A stretch of 40,179 nt of DNA. Source: a virus. The translations under genes were made by a program, and so were the position numbers. The stretch is taken from positions 1-40,179 of IMG/VR virus record IMGVR_UViG_3300028792_000002. One strand, written 5' to 3'. Each line of letters begins with the position of its first letter. The stretch's first letter is position 1. Positions 33,208 to 40,179 of the stretch are shown here, piece by piece. Below the pieces are notes generated by a model. It had not been told where the DNA came from. It saw nothing but the letters and a program-made list of their open reading frames with translations, and did not search any database.

Positions 33208-33437
33208 TGCAGTTCACCGCCGGCACCGCCCAGATCCCCGCCCAGCGCCTCGAACCGTGGAAGCCGCCACCCCGCTGGTGGACCTGCACCGGCCCCGACT
33301 GCGAAGACGTCACCTGGCACGGCGACCCAATCTGCTGGTGCTGCGGTGCTGGCACCCACGTCACGTTCGGGGCACGCCCCCTCGTGCACAACCTCTGGCT
33401 TCCTCTCCGACGCCCCGACTGGAGCAACCACGCATGA
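33207..33437 (+). CDS. Cys-rich hypothetical protein, 76 aa
   Basis: WTCTGPDCEDVTWHGDPICWCC. Stop overlaps the methyltransferase ATG. Confidence 0.5.
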   Translation: MQFTAGTAQIPAQRLEPWKPPPRWWTCTGPDCEDVTWHGDPICWCCGAGTHVTFGARPLVHNLWLPLRRPDWSNHA

Positions 33438-35263
33438 CCCTCACCATCACCGACCTGTTCTGCGGAGGAGGTGGGAGCTCGACCGGCGCCATCCAGGTGC
33501 CCGGCGTCGAGATCCGCATCGCCGCGAACCACTGGGACCTCGCCGTCCAGGTCCACAACCAGAACCACCCGACCGCCGACCACGCCGCCGTCGACCTCCA
33601 CGAGGAAGACCCCCGCTACTTCCCGAAGACCGACATCCTGTGGGCGTCCCCGGAGTGCACGAAGTGGTCGCAGGCGTCCGGCGGGAAGTACCGGTCCGTG
33701 TCGTTCGAGGACGACCTGCTGTCCCTGCTCGACTCCGACCTGGTCGACGAGGACCCCGAGACGGCGATCGTGCAACGGTCCCGGCTGCTGATGTTCGACG
33801 TCCTCCGGTTCGCCGAGCACCACAAGTACGCCGCCATGGTCATCGAGAACGTCGTCGACATCGCGACGAACCCGAAGTTCGCGGAGGCGTGGGCGCTGTG
33901 GAAGAAGTCGCTGGGCCGGCTCGGCTACGACTTCCGTGTCGTCTCCCTGAACAGCATGCACGCGCAGGCGCACGGCGACCCGGCACCCCAGTCCCGGGAC
34001 CGGCTCTACATCGTCTGCTGGCTCAAGGGCAACCGGGCCCCTGACGTCGACAAGGTGATGCGACCGCTCGCCTGGTGCCCGACCTGTCAGGCGGTCGTGG
34101 AGTCGCAGCAGGTGTGGAAGAACGGCCGCACCGTCGGCAAGTACCGGAGCCAGTACGTCTACCTTCACGGCGGCTGCGGGACGACGGTCGAGCCGGGCTA
34201 CCTCCCGGCGGCCGCGGCGATCGACTGGACGATGCGGGGCAGCCGCATCGGGGACCGGGCGAAGCCGCTCGCGGACAAGACCCGGCGTCGGATCGCGGCC
34301 GGGATCGCGAAGTATTGGTCCCCGTTCCACATGGAGTCGGGTGGCAACCAGTACGACGCGGCTGACCCGAAGCACGTGGCGTTCGGCGACCCGAACGGCT
34401 ACTACCGGGCCTGGTCGATGCTCGACACGTTGAAGACCCTGCACACGCAGGAGACGAAGGCGCTGGTGGTGCCGCTCGAGGGCCGCGCCGGCGACCGGAT
34501 CAGCACGGCGGACGTCCCGCTGCGGACGCAGACGAGTCGTCACCTCGACGCGGTGGCCATGCCGCCGTTCCTGACGCAGTTCCGGGAGCGCGTCCGCGAC
34601 CTCGACCCCACCGAGAAGCCGTTCCCGACGATCGTGGCGGATGGGGCCAGCCATGGACTGGTGTCGCCGCCGTTCATCGCCGAGCTGCGCGGCGGCGGAT
34701 CCACCGCCCGGCCGGTCTCGGAGCCCGCCTCGACGTTCACCGCGTCCGGCAACCACCACGGCCTCGTCGTACCGGCCGGCGGCACCTGGAACGACGACGC
34801 GCGGCCGACCGACGAGGTGCACCGCACGATGACGACCAGGGAGACGTCTGCGCTCGTCATGCCGTACTACGGCGCCACCGCGTCCGCGCAGCCCGACAGC
34901 AAGCCGCTGGGCACCGTCACCACGGTCGACCGGCACGCGCTCATCCAGCGGCACAACTCCAGCAAGGGCGACGGCGCCGAGATGGTCACCCCCGCCCACG
35001 AGGTCCTCCGGACGCTCACCACCACCGCGCAGCAGTCGATCCTCACCCCCGGCGACATCAAGGCCGCCGAGGCCCAGGTCGACGACTGCCTCTTCCGGAT
35101 GCTCGAGCCCCACGAGGTCGCAGCCGGGATGGCGTTCCCCGCCGACTACATCTGGGGCGGCACCCGCCGTGAGCGGGTCAAGCTCTGCGGCAACGCGGTC
35201 ACCCCGCCGGCCGCCCGGGACCTGATCGCCGCCGTGGTCGAGTCGCTCGGCGGTGCGGCGTGA
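33434..35263 (+). CDS. DNA (cytosine-5) methyltransferase, 609 aa, no adjacent restriction enzyme recognised
   Basis: Motif I DLFCGGGG, motif IV SPECTKWS, motif VI VIENV, motif VIII QSRDRLYIV, motif X GNAVTPPAA. Confidence 0.85.
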   Translation: MTLTITDLFCGGGGSSTGAIQVPGVEIRIAANHWDLAVQVHNQNHPTADHAAVDLHEEDPRYFPKTDILWASPECTKWSQASGGKYRSVSFEDDLLSLLDSDLVDEDPETAIVQRSRLLMFDVLRFAEHHKYAAMVIENVVDIATNPKFAEAWALWKKSLGRLGYDFRVVSLNSMHAQAHGDPAPQSRDRLYIVCWLKGNRAPDVDKVMRPLAWCPTCQAVVESQQVWKNGRTVGKYRSQYVYLHGGCGTTVEPGYLPAAAAIDWTMRGSRIGDRAKPLADKTRRRIAAGIAKYWSPFHMESGGNQYDAADPKHVAFGDPNGYYRAWSMLDTLKTLHTQETKALVVPLEGRAGDRISTADVPLRTQTSRHLDAVAMPPFLTQFRERVRDLDPTEKPFPTIVADGASHGLVSPPFIAELRGGGSTARPVSEPASTFTASGNHHGLVVPAGGTWNDDARPTDEVHRTMTTRETSALVMPYYGATASAQPDSKPLGTVTTVDRHALIQRHNSSKGDGAEMVTPAHEVLRTLTTTAQQSILTPGDIKAAEAQVDDCLFRMLEPHEVAAGMAFPADYIWGGTRRERVKLCGNAVTPPAARDLIAAVVESLGGAA

Positions 35264-35631
35264 CCCACCTGCTGCAACTGCCGTACACCTCCCCGCCGCT
35301 GTCGCTGAACAGCCGGGACCACTGGCGTACGACAGCCCGGAAGAAGTCCCGGCTGCGCGGCGAGGTACTCGTCCTCGCGCGCGCCGCGAAGATCCCCGCG
35401 CTGGACCGGTGCGCCGTCCGCCTGATCTGGCAGCCCCGCGACCGTCGCCGCCGCGACGGCGACAACCCGTTCCCGACCATCAAGTCCGCCGTCGACGGCC
35501 TCGTCGATGCCGGCGTCCTGGTCGACGACGACTCCACCCGGGTCCGTCACGACGGGGTTCACTTCCTGCCCCCGGACCCCGGGCAGAAGACGGGGCGGCT
35601 GTGGCTGGAAGTCGTCCCCCTTTCCGGGTGA
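35260..35631 (+). CDS. rusA: RusA-like Holliday junction resolvase
   Basis: 123 aa. RDGDNPFPTIKSAVDGLVDAGVLVDDD matches the RusA acidic catalytic core pattern. Confidence 0.75.
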   Translation: MTHLLQLPYTSPPLSLNSRDHWRTTARKKSRLRGEVLVLARAAKIPALDRCAVRLIWQPRDRRRRDGDNPFPTIKSAVDGLVDAGVLVDDDSTRVRHDGVHFLPPDPGQKTGRLWLEVVPLSG

Positions 35632-35720
35632 CATATGCCGATCTTTACCCACGACCCCAGTCTCTAATCTCTCATCCGACAGTTAGACTCACCTCACACG
35701 CTACGGAGGGGACACACAGC

Positions 35721-36407
35721 GTGAACACCTTGGCAACAACCCAGATCAACCCCGGCAACGCCCCCCAGCACCCGTCCCGGCTCGCCTATAACCGAGGCTG
35801 CCGCTGCGAGGGATGCAGGGCCGCCGCCGCACGCTACGAGCGCGGCCGCCAGTGGGACCTCATCAAGGGCACCCCCCGCACGGTCGACAAGACCGGCACC
35901 CAACGCCGCCTCCAGGCCCTCGTCGCCCTCGGCTGGAACTGGCACCTCCTGTCCGGACACCTCGGCTGCTCGGCCGAGTACGTCCGGACCGTCGCGACGG
36001 ACAAGAAGTTCGTGTACGCCTCCACCGCCTCCAAGATCGCCGCCCTGTACGACGAGCTGTCGATGCGGTTCCCGCCCGAGGACACGCCCGGCCAGAAGAA
36101 CGCTGCGACTCGTGCCCGGATGAGGGCGAAGCGGAAGGGCTGGGCGCCGCCGCTCGCCTGGGACAACATCGACGACCCGAAGGAGCGCCCGAAGTTCGGC
36201 AACGCCCCCGGGTCGCGCCCGAAGACCGACGTCGACCCGGCCGTGGTGGACCGGGTCATCGGCGGCGAGCGGCTCCGCATGACGACCGCCGAGCGGGTGA
36301 TCGTCGTCCAGAGGCTCCGGGCCCGTGGCCTGTCCCTGCTCGAGATCGAGGCGCACACCGGGATCAGCAAGGTCGAGCGGTACGTCCGGGACGGCGAGGC
36401 CGCCTGA
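35721..36407 (+). CDS. DNA-binding protein with GCRCxxC motif and C-terminal HTH, 228 aa
   Basis: GGAGGGG RBS. AYNRGCRCEGCRAAAARYE near the N-terminus. C-terminal TAERVIVVQRLRARGLSLLEIEAHTGISKVERYV resembles a sigma-70 region-4/LuxR-type HTH. Confidence 0.7.
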   Translation: MNTLATTQINPGNAPQHPSRLAYNRGCRCEGCRAAAARYERGRQWDLIKGTPRTVDKTGTQRRLQALVALGWNWHLLSGHLGCSAEYVRTVATDKKFVYASTASKIAALYDELSMRFPPEDTPGQKNAATRARMRAKRKGWAPPLAWDNIDDPKERPKFGNAPGSRPKTDVDPAVVDRVIGGERLRMTTAERVIVVQRLRARGLSLLEIEAHTGISKVERYVRDGEAA

Positions 36408-36408
36408 C

Positions 36409-37158
36409 ATGCCGTGGTTCAAGGTGGACGACAAGCTGCACGACCACGTGAAGGCCCGCCGGGCCGGCATCGAGGCCATGGGGCTGTGGGTGCTCTCGGG
36501 GTCGTACGCCGCGGACAACCTCACCGACGGGTTCGTGCCTGAGCACACCCTGACCCGGTGGGCTACGTCGATGGCGAAGGGCCGCAAGCTCGCGGCGGCC
36601 CTCGTCGAGGCAGGCCTGTGGCACCCGGCCGCCCAGGACGGGGAGGACGGGTGGCGGTTCCACGAGTGGGAGCAGCGGCAGCCGACGCGGGCGAAGACGA
36701 TGGCGGTCAGGGAGGCGCGTGCGGAGGCTGGCCGTAGTGGCGGTGTCGCTTCTGGTGCTTCCCGTCGAGGTGAAGCAAACCCGAACCAAAATGCTTCGGG
36801 TTTGGTTGAACCCCCGTCCCGTCCCGACCCGTCCCGACCCGATATGGGTACGTCCAGTCGTCCCCTCACGTCTGTTCCGGCCGGCCTGAACGACGACGAC
36901 CTGACGAAGATCGCAGCAGCGACCGGCGGGGACATCGACCACGCCGTCCGCGTCGCCGCCGACATCCTCGGCCGCGCCACCGGCACCCCCTCGCGACCCC
37001 TGGCCTACGTCCTCCGTGCCGTCGGCGACGACGTCGACCGGTACCGGCCCACCCGCCGCCCGCCCCGCAAGGGCGAGGAGTGCCCGACCCACGTGGGCCA
37101 GTGGGCCCACAACTGCAGCGGTTGTGCTGCGGACCGTCTCGCTGGAGGTGTCTTGTGA
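36409..37158 (+). CDS. Replication-organiser-like / winged-helix DNA-binding protein, 249 aa
   Basis: The MPWFKVDDKLHDH N-terminus resembles, from memory, actinophage replication-initiator-like proteins. C-terminal CPTH..HNCSGC. The functional call is tentative. Confidence 0.5.
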   Translation: MPWFKVDDKLHDHVKARRAGIEAMGLWVLSGSYAADNLTDGFVPEHTLTRWATSMAKGRKLAAALVEAGLWHPAAQDGEDGWRFHEWEQRQPTRAKTMAVREARAEAGRSGGVASGASRRGEANPNQNASGLVEPPSRPDPSRPDMGTSSRPLTSVPAGLNDDDLTKIAAATGGDIDHAVRVAADILGRATGTPSRPLAYVLRAVGDDVDRYRPTRRPPRKGEECPTHVGQWAHNCSGCAADRLAGGVL

Positions 37159-37433
37159 CCCGGAACCCGGATGTGGCGTTCGCTGAGGCGATCGCGGAGC
37201 TGGCGAGGCGGCTGCAGGGCTGGGGTGTGGCGGAGCCGCAGCGTGAGGCGCAGGACTTCGTGCAGGGGATGGTGCATCAGGGGTGGCGGCCGAACGGGAT
37301 GCGGCTCGAGCAGCCCCCGGCCGTGGACCCCAGGTACGACCGGAAGCCGGATGAGGTGCCGGAGTACCTCGCCGCGAAGGCCGCTCTCCGCGGCGTGCGG
37401 CCGGCCGAGGAGGACCCGGTGGGGTCCCGGTGA
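37155..37433 (+). CDS. Hypothetical protein, 92 aa
   Basis: GTGA coupled on both sides. Confidence 0.5.
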   Translation: MTRNPDVAFAEAIAELARRLQGWGVAEPQREAQDFVQGMVHQGWRPNGMRLEQPPAVDPRYDRKPDEVPEYLAAKAALRGVRPAEEDPVGSR

Positions 37434-37876
37434 AGCGCACCACGCTCTCGCGTCGTACGCCGATGCGCCGGCAGGCACTCAAGTCCACCGGCCGCACCCG
37501 CCCGAAGCCGCGCCGCCAGCCCGCCCCCGACCGGGAGTTCTGGCAGCAGCAGCGGGAGGCCCTGTACGCCCGCGCCCGCGGCCGGTGCGAGCACTGCGGG
37601 ACCAGCCTCGACGACTCGGGGATGGAAGCACACCACCGGAAGCTGCGGTCGGCGGGCGGCGGCCACGGCCTCGAGAACCTCGCCGCGCTCTGCCCCACGT
37701 CGCACAAGTACATGCACGAGCACCCGGCACACGCCCGGATGCTCGGGTTCATCGTCTCGGCCTACGGCGACCCATCCCAGCGGGTCGTCACTCTCCACGA
37801 CCGCAGCACCGTCCGGCTCACCGCCGACGGCAGCTACGACGTCATCTTCGACAGCAACGGAAGGCCAGCAGCATGA
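37430..37876 (+). CDS. HNH endonuclease
   Basis: CEHCG...EAHHRKLRSAGG...NLAALCPTSHKYMH (HNH core flanked by Cys pairs). Confidence 0.8.
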   Translation: MKRTTLSRRTPMRRQALKSTGRTRPKPRRQPAPDREFWQQQREALYARARGRCEHCGTSLDDSGMEAHHRKLRSAGGGHGLENLAALCPTSHKYMHEHPAHARMLGFIVSAYGDPSQRVVTLHDRSTVRLTADGSYDVIFDSNGRPAA

Positions 37877-38442
37877 AGCGTTACCGCAGCCTCCGTCCGG
37901 GGGAGCAGATCCCGGAGGGGGAGCCCTACCGCTACCCGAACGACCGTGGGTACATCCGACTCAGGTGGAAGATCGGTCCGAAGCAGTATGTCGAGTGCTA
38001 CGAGCACCGCGTCATCGACGGTCGAGTCACCACGGCCGAGCACGTTCACCACATGAACCACGTTCGCGACGACAACCGGCCGGAGAACCTCGAGCACCTG
38101 ACCCAGGCCGAGCACTCCGAGCGGCACGCGTCCGAAGTCGAGGGCGAGGCGGTCCGCCTGTACCTCGCCGGCCACTCGACGCTCACCGTCGGGGAGCGCG
38201 TCGGCATCACCGCTGGCGCCGTGTCCCGACTCCTTGCCCGCTGTGGAGTGACGGCGCGGCCGAACAGCGCCTACTACCCGGACGTGGACCTCGACCGTCT
38301 CCGCTCGCTGCACGCGTCCGGGGTGAAGATGGGCCCGATGGCCCGCGAGCTGGGTGTGGGCCACACCCGGGTCCGTGACGCGCTGATCGACCTCGGCCTG
38401 CCGTTGCCCGGTCCGGGCCGGCCCCGGAAGGCGGTGGCCTGA
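37873..38442 (+). CDS. HNH endonuclease (HNH_3-type) with C-terminal HTH repeats
   Basis: EHVHHMNHVRDDNRPENLEHLTQAEHSERH. Two HTH-like segments follow. Confidence 0.8.
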   Translation: MKRYRSLRPGEQIPEGEPYRYPNDRGYIRLRWKIGPKQYVECYEHRVIDGRVTTAEHVHHMNHVRDDNRPENLEHLTQAEHSERHASEVEGEAVRLYLAGHSTLTVGERVGITAGAVSRLLARCGVTARPNSAYYPDVDLDRLRSLHASGVKMGPMARELGVGHTRVRDALIDLGLPLPGPGRPRKAVA

Positions 38443-38443
38443 G

Positions 38444-38620
38444 ATGGCCGAGGTCAAGACGAGGCGGCCGTGGCGGTCGGGGTTCTGTGGGATCGGGAAC
38501 CCGCGGCAGGGCCACACGCACTGTCGGATGTGGAACGACCAGGGGTCGGCGTGCTGCTGTGAGTGCCACACGTCGCCGTGGCCGGTGGAGCCGTTGGTGT
38601 GGGACGGAGACAGCGCATGA
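38444..38620 (+). CDS. Cys/His/Trp-rich small protein, 58 aa (below the ORF-track size cutoff)
   Basis: ATG 38444 lies 2 nt after the upstream stop. FCG..HTHC..ACCCECH. Stop overlaps the next ATG. Confidence 0.45.
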   Translation: MAEVKTRRPWRSGFCGIGNPRQGHTHCRMWNDQGSACCCECHTSPWPVEPLVWDGDSA

Positions 38621-38922
38621 GCGCCGACGCCCTGTCCTTCATGCCGCTGGCCTACAACGACCGTCCCGTCCTGCAACCGCCGACCGCGCGGGCAACCGAC
38701 CAACTCGTCCTGGAGACCCGGGTCGCACTGGAGGAGACCGGCGCGGACCCGGTCCGCATGGCCGACTGGATCGCGGAGCGCATCGAGGAGTTCGGAGCCA
38801 TCCAGGCCGCGCCGACCTTCGACATGGAGGGCAACGGCCCGATGTGCTCCTGGTGCGGGTCGTTGTGGCCGCTCTGTGGACACGGCCGCCGCTCCGAGGT
38901 GCTCGGGGATGAGGACCTGTGA
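38617..38922 (+). CDS. Hypothetical protein, 101 aa
   Basis: ATGA coupling. C-terminal CSWCGSLWPLCGH. Confidence 0.55.
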   Translation: MSADALSFMPLAYNDRPVLQPPTARATDQLVLETRVALEETGADPVRMADWIAERIEEFGAIQAAPTFDMEGNGPMCSWCGSLWPLCGHGRRSEVLGDEDL

Positions 38923-39461
38923 CCGGGCTCGCACACAGGCCGCCCGACTGGACGTCCCAGGCGGCGTGCGACGGCCTCGTCACCCGCCAACGCGACATCT
39001 GGACGCCCGGGGACCACCTGTCCCCGGAGGAGAAGGCGCAGGAGTGGCACTACGCCCGCCAGATCTGCGCCCGCTGCCCCGTGAGGTTGGACTGCGCCGT
39101 CGACGCCCTCCGCGATCTCCCCCGGGCGGAGGCGCACTCCATGCGCGGCGGCCTCACCCCCGACGAGTTGACGGACCTCGCCCGTGGGATGGGGATGCGG
39201 TGGCGCCGCGAAGCCCAACACGGGGACCGGTCCAAGTACGTCGCCGGCTGCCGCTGTGACCTGTGCCGGGACGCGCACCGGATCTACGAGCACGAACGGC
39301 GCCTGCACGCACGACCTGGTCGTCGTACGACCGTGGCGGCGGTGTACGCCCACCTCACTCGTCCGGTCGGCCGCGGTAAGCGTCGTGCCGGTGTTGGGCA
39401 GCTGTTGCTGTTCACGGACGGACTCCCTTCGAACGCCCACAACACCCTGGAGGCAGCATGA
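38919..39461 (+). CDS. whiB: WhiB-like Fe-S regulator fused to a GCRCxxC module, 180 aa
   Basis: AACDG..x..ICARCPVRLDC four-Cys pattern followed by MRGGLTPDE (WhiB turn), then YVAGCRCDLCRDAHRIYE. Confidence 0.75.
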   Translation: MTGLAHRPPDWTSQAACDGLVTRQRDIWTPGDHLSPEEKAQEWHYARQICARCPVRLDCAVDALRDLPRAEAHSMRGGLTPDELTDLARGMGMRWRREAQHGDRSKYVAGCRCDLCRDAHRIYEHERRLHARPGRRTTVAAVYAHLTRPVGRGKRRAGVGQLLLFTDGLPSNAHNTLEAA

Positions 39462-39700
39462 GCACCGAGATCACCTACGGCCCCGGCGCGGTCGGTGCCG
39501 CCGAGCACGACGTGAACCGCGTCCGCACCGGCAAGGTGCACGCCACGGCATCCGGGAGCACCCCAGTCGCCCGCCGGAACCGCTCCCGCTACAGGACTAG
39601 GTGCGGCCGGGTCATCGCCCGGGGTCTGCCCGTCCGAGTGGTCGACGTCCACTCCATCGACGTGTGTCGGCACTGCTTCCCCCGGACGTTCGGGCCCTGA
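39458..39700 (+). CDS. Hypothetical protein, 80 aa
   Basis: ATGA coupling. Basic, with C-terminal CRHC. Last gene before the strong hairpin. Confidence 0.5.
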   Translation: MSTEITYGPGAVGAAEHDVNRVRTGKVHATASGSTPVARRNRSRYRTRCGRVIARGLPVRVVDVHSIDVCRHCFPRTFGP

Positions 39701-39727
39701 GCCTGACACCACCTCACCCAACATGGT

Positions 39728-39775
39728 CTCAGCCCGTCCTCTGGTTCCGTCCCCCCGGCCAGAGGACGGGCTGAG
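39728..39775 (+). terminator. 17-bp perfect-stem hairpin at the end of the early operon
   Basis: CTCAGCCCGTCCTCTGG (39728-39744) pairs with CCAGAGGACGGGCTGAG (39759-39775), with a 14-nt loop. Confidence 0.75.
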
Positions 39776-39818
39776 CCGTCTCTGCGACCACTGACACCAC
39801 CGGTCGCACCCTCAGCCC

Positions 39819-40019
39819 ATGACCCACGCCTTCCTGTCCGGTCTCTACTGGACCGCGTACGCCGTGGCCACCCTCACCGGGGTCGCCGTTGTACTCGGCG
39901 CTGCGTGGCTCCTCGCCTACGGCCTCGCGCTCCTCGTCGGCCTCCCCGCGATCGCCGTACACCGCCGCTGGACCACCTACCGGGCCCGACGAGCACACCG
40001 CCGCTCCGGGAGAGCCTGA
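39819..40019 (+). CDS. Two-helix membrane protein, 66 aa
   Basis: Hydrophobic helices YAVATLTGVAVVLGAAWLLAY and LALLVGLPAIAV, with a basic tail. Lies between the terminator and terS. Confidence 0.5.
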   Translation: MTHAFLSGLYWTAYAVATLTGVAVVLGAAWLLAYGLALLVGLPAIAVHRRWTTYRARRAHRRSGRA

Positions 40020-40023
40020 ACCC

Positions 40024-40179
40024 ATGCCCAAGCCTCTCGACCCCGAGAAGCGGGAGGCCATCGAACAAGCCATCCGGGACGGGAAGAAGCGGAACGAGAT
40101 CGCCCGCGAGTTCGACGTGTCCGGCGCGACCGTCACCAACATCGGGAAGAAGCTCGAAGCCACCGAAGGGCTTCGAGCC
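40024..40179 (+). CDS. terS: Terminase small subunit, N-terminal part (continues at base 1 of the circle)
   Basis: ATG 40024. The frame runs to the window end and continues into 2..478 through the 127-bp overlap. Confidence 0.75.
   Translation, partial: MPKPLDPEKREAIEQAIRDGKKRNEIAREFDVSGATVTNIGKKLEATEGLRA
40053..40179. repeat. Terminal overlap copy 2 (identical to 1..127)
   Basis: Direct comparison with bases 1-127. Confidence 0.95.

Larger units (their letters stand above)
1..40179. mobile_element. Complete temperate siphovirus-like phage genome (circular assembly, 40,052 bp unique)
   Basis: Full set of terminase, portal, capsid, tail, lysis, integrase/repressor and early genes. The two window ends are identical over 127 bp. 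Confidence 0.9.

Noticed and set aside
32234-35113. 959-aa minus-strand ORF opposite the methyltransferase. Similar long antisense ORFs include 19691..22075, 22369..24576, 14584..16074, 13773..15257, 8736..10058, 3212..4582 and 2238..3281.
   Set aside because: The products are Arg/Gly/Pro/Val-rich low-complexity strings with no motifs, and they lie exactly antisense to genes with clear motifs and synteny. Long stop-free antisense frames are expected in roughly 70% GC DNA.
36810-36845. Short imperfect tandem duplication encoding PSRPD-PSRPD in the organiser-like protein.
   Set aside because: Only two 15-nt units within a low-complexity linker. This is most simply replication slippage with no separate feature status.
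1-40179. Search for CRISPR arrays, rRNA, transposase/IS elements, reverse transcriptase (retron or DGR) and inteins.
   Set aside because: By eye I found no spaced identical repeats, transposase or RT motifs, or oversized host genes with intein-like insertions. The only repeats found are those listed as features.

Overview
The window is one complete, circularly closed genome of a temperate, high-GC siphovirus-type phage, probably of an actinobacterial host. Bases 1-127 are identical to 40053-40179, so the unique length is 40,052 bp and the ends are an arbitrary cut inside the small-terminase gene. About 1-25.3 kb on the plus strand is the late region: terS (split by the junction), terL, portal, MuF-like protein, scaffold, major capsid, head-tail connectors, major tail protein, G and G-T tail chaperones with a GGGAAAA -1 slip site, a 939-aa tape measure, minor tail and receptor-binding genes, a GH25 endolysin and holin-like genes. 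About 25.3-28.3 kb is the lysogeny module: attP built on the 3' half of a tRNA-Arg(TCT), then on the minus strand a tyrosine integrase, a lipoprotein, a small membrane protein and a CI-like repressor, ending at a divergent switch region. About 28.3-40 kb on the plus strand is the early region: cro-like and xis-like genes, an AAA_24/Sak4-like ATPase, an orphan C5 DNA methyltransferase, RusA, HTH proteins, a replication-organiser-like protein, two HNH endonucleases, a WhiB-like fusion protein and many small cysteine-rich ORFs. The items most worth a second look are: (1) a lower-GC, antisense acyltransferase-3 gene inside the tail module, with no stop codon until it has run 279 nt antisense into a tail gene; (2) a translationally coupled membrane-protein/lipoprotein/integrase operon in the int-repressor interval; (3) a calcineurin-like metallophosphoesterase inside the head-morphogenesis module; (4) a tRNA-Trp(CCA)-like element with a truncated D-arm in the scaffold-capsid gap; (5) an attP whose tRNA-derived core overlaps the integrase stop codon and is flanked by TGGGGCAG repeats 200 bp apart. 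All functional calls rest on motifs and gene order read by eye. No searches were run.
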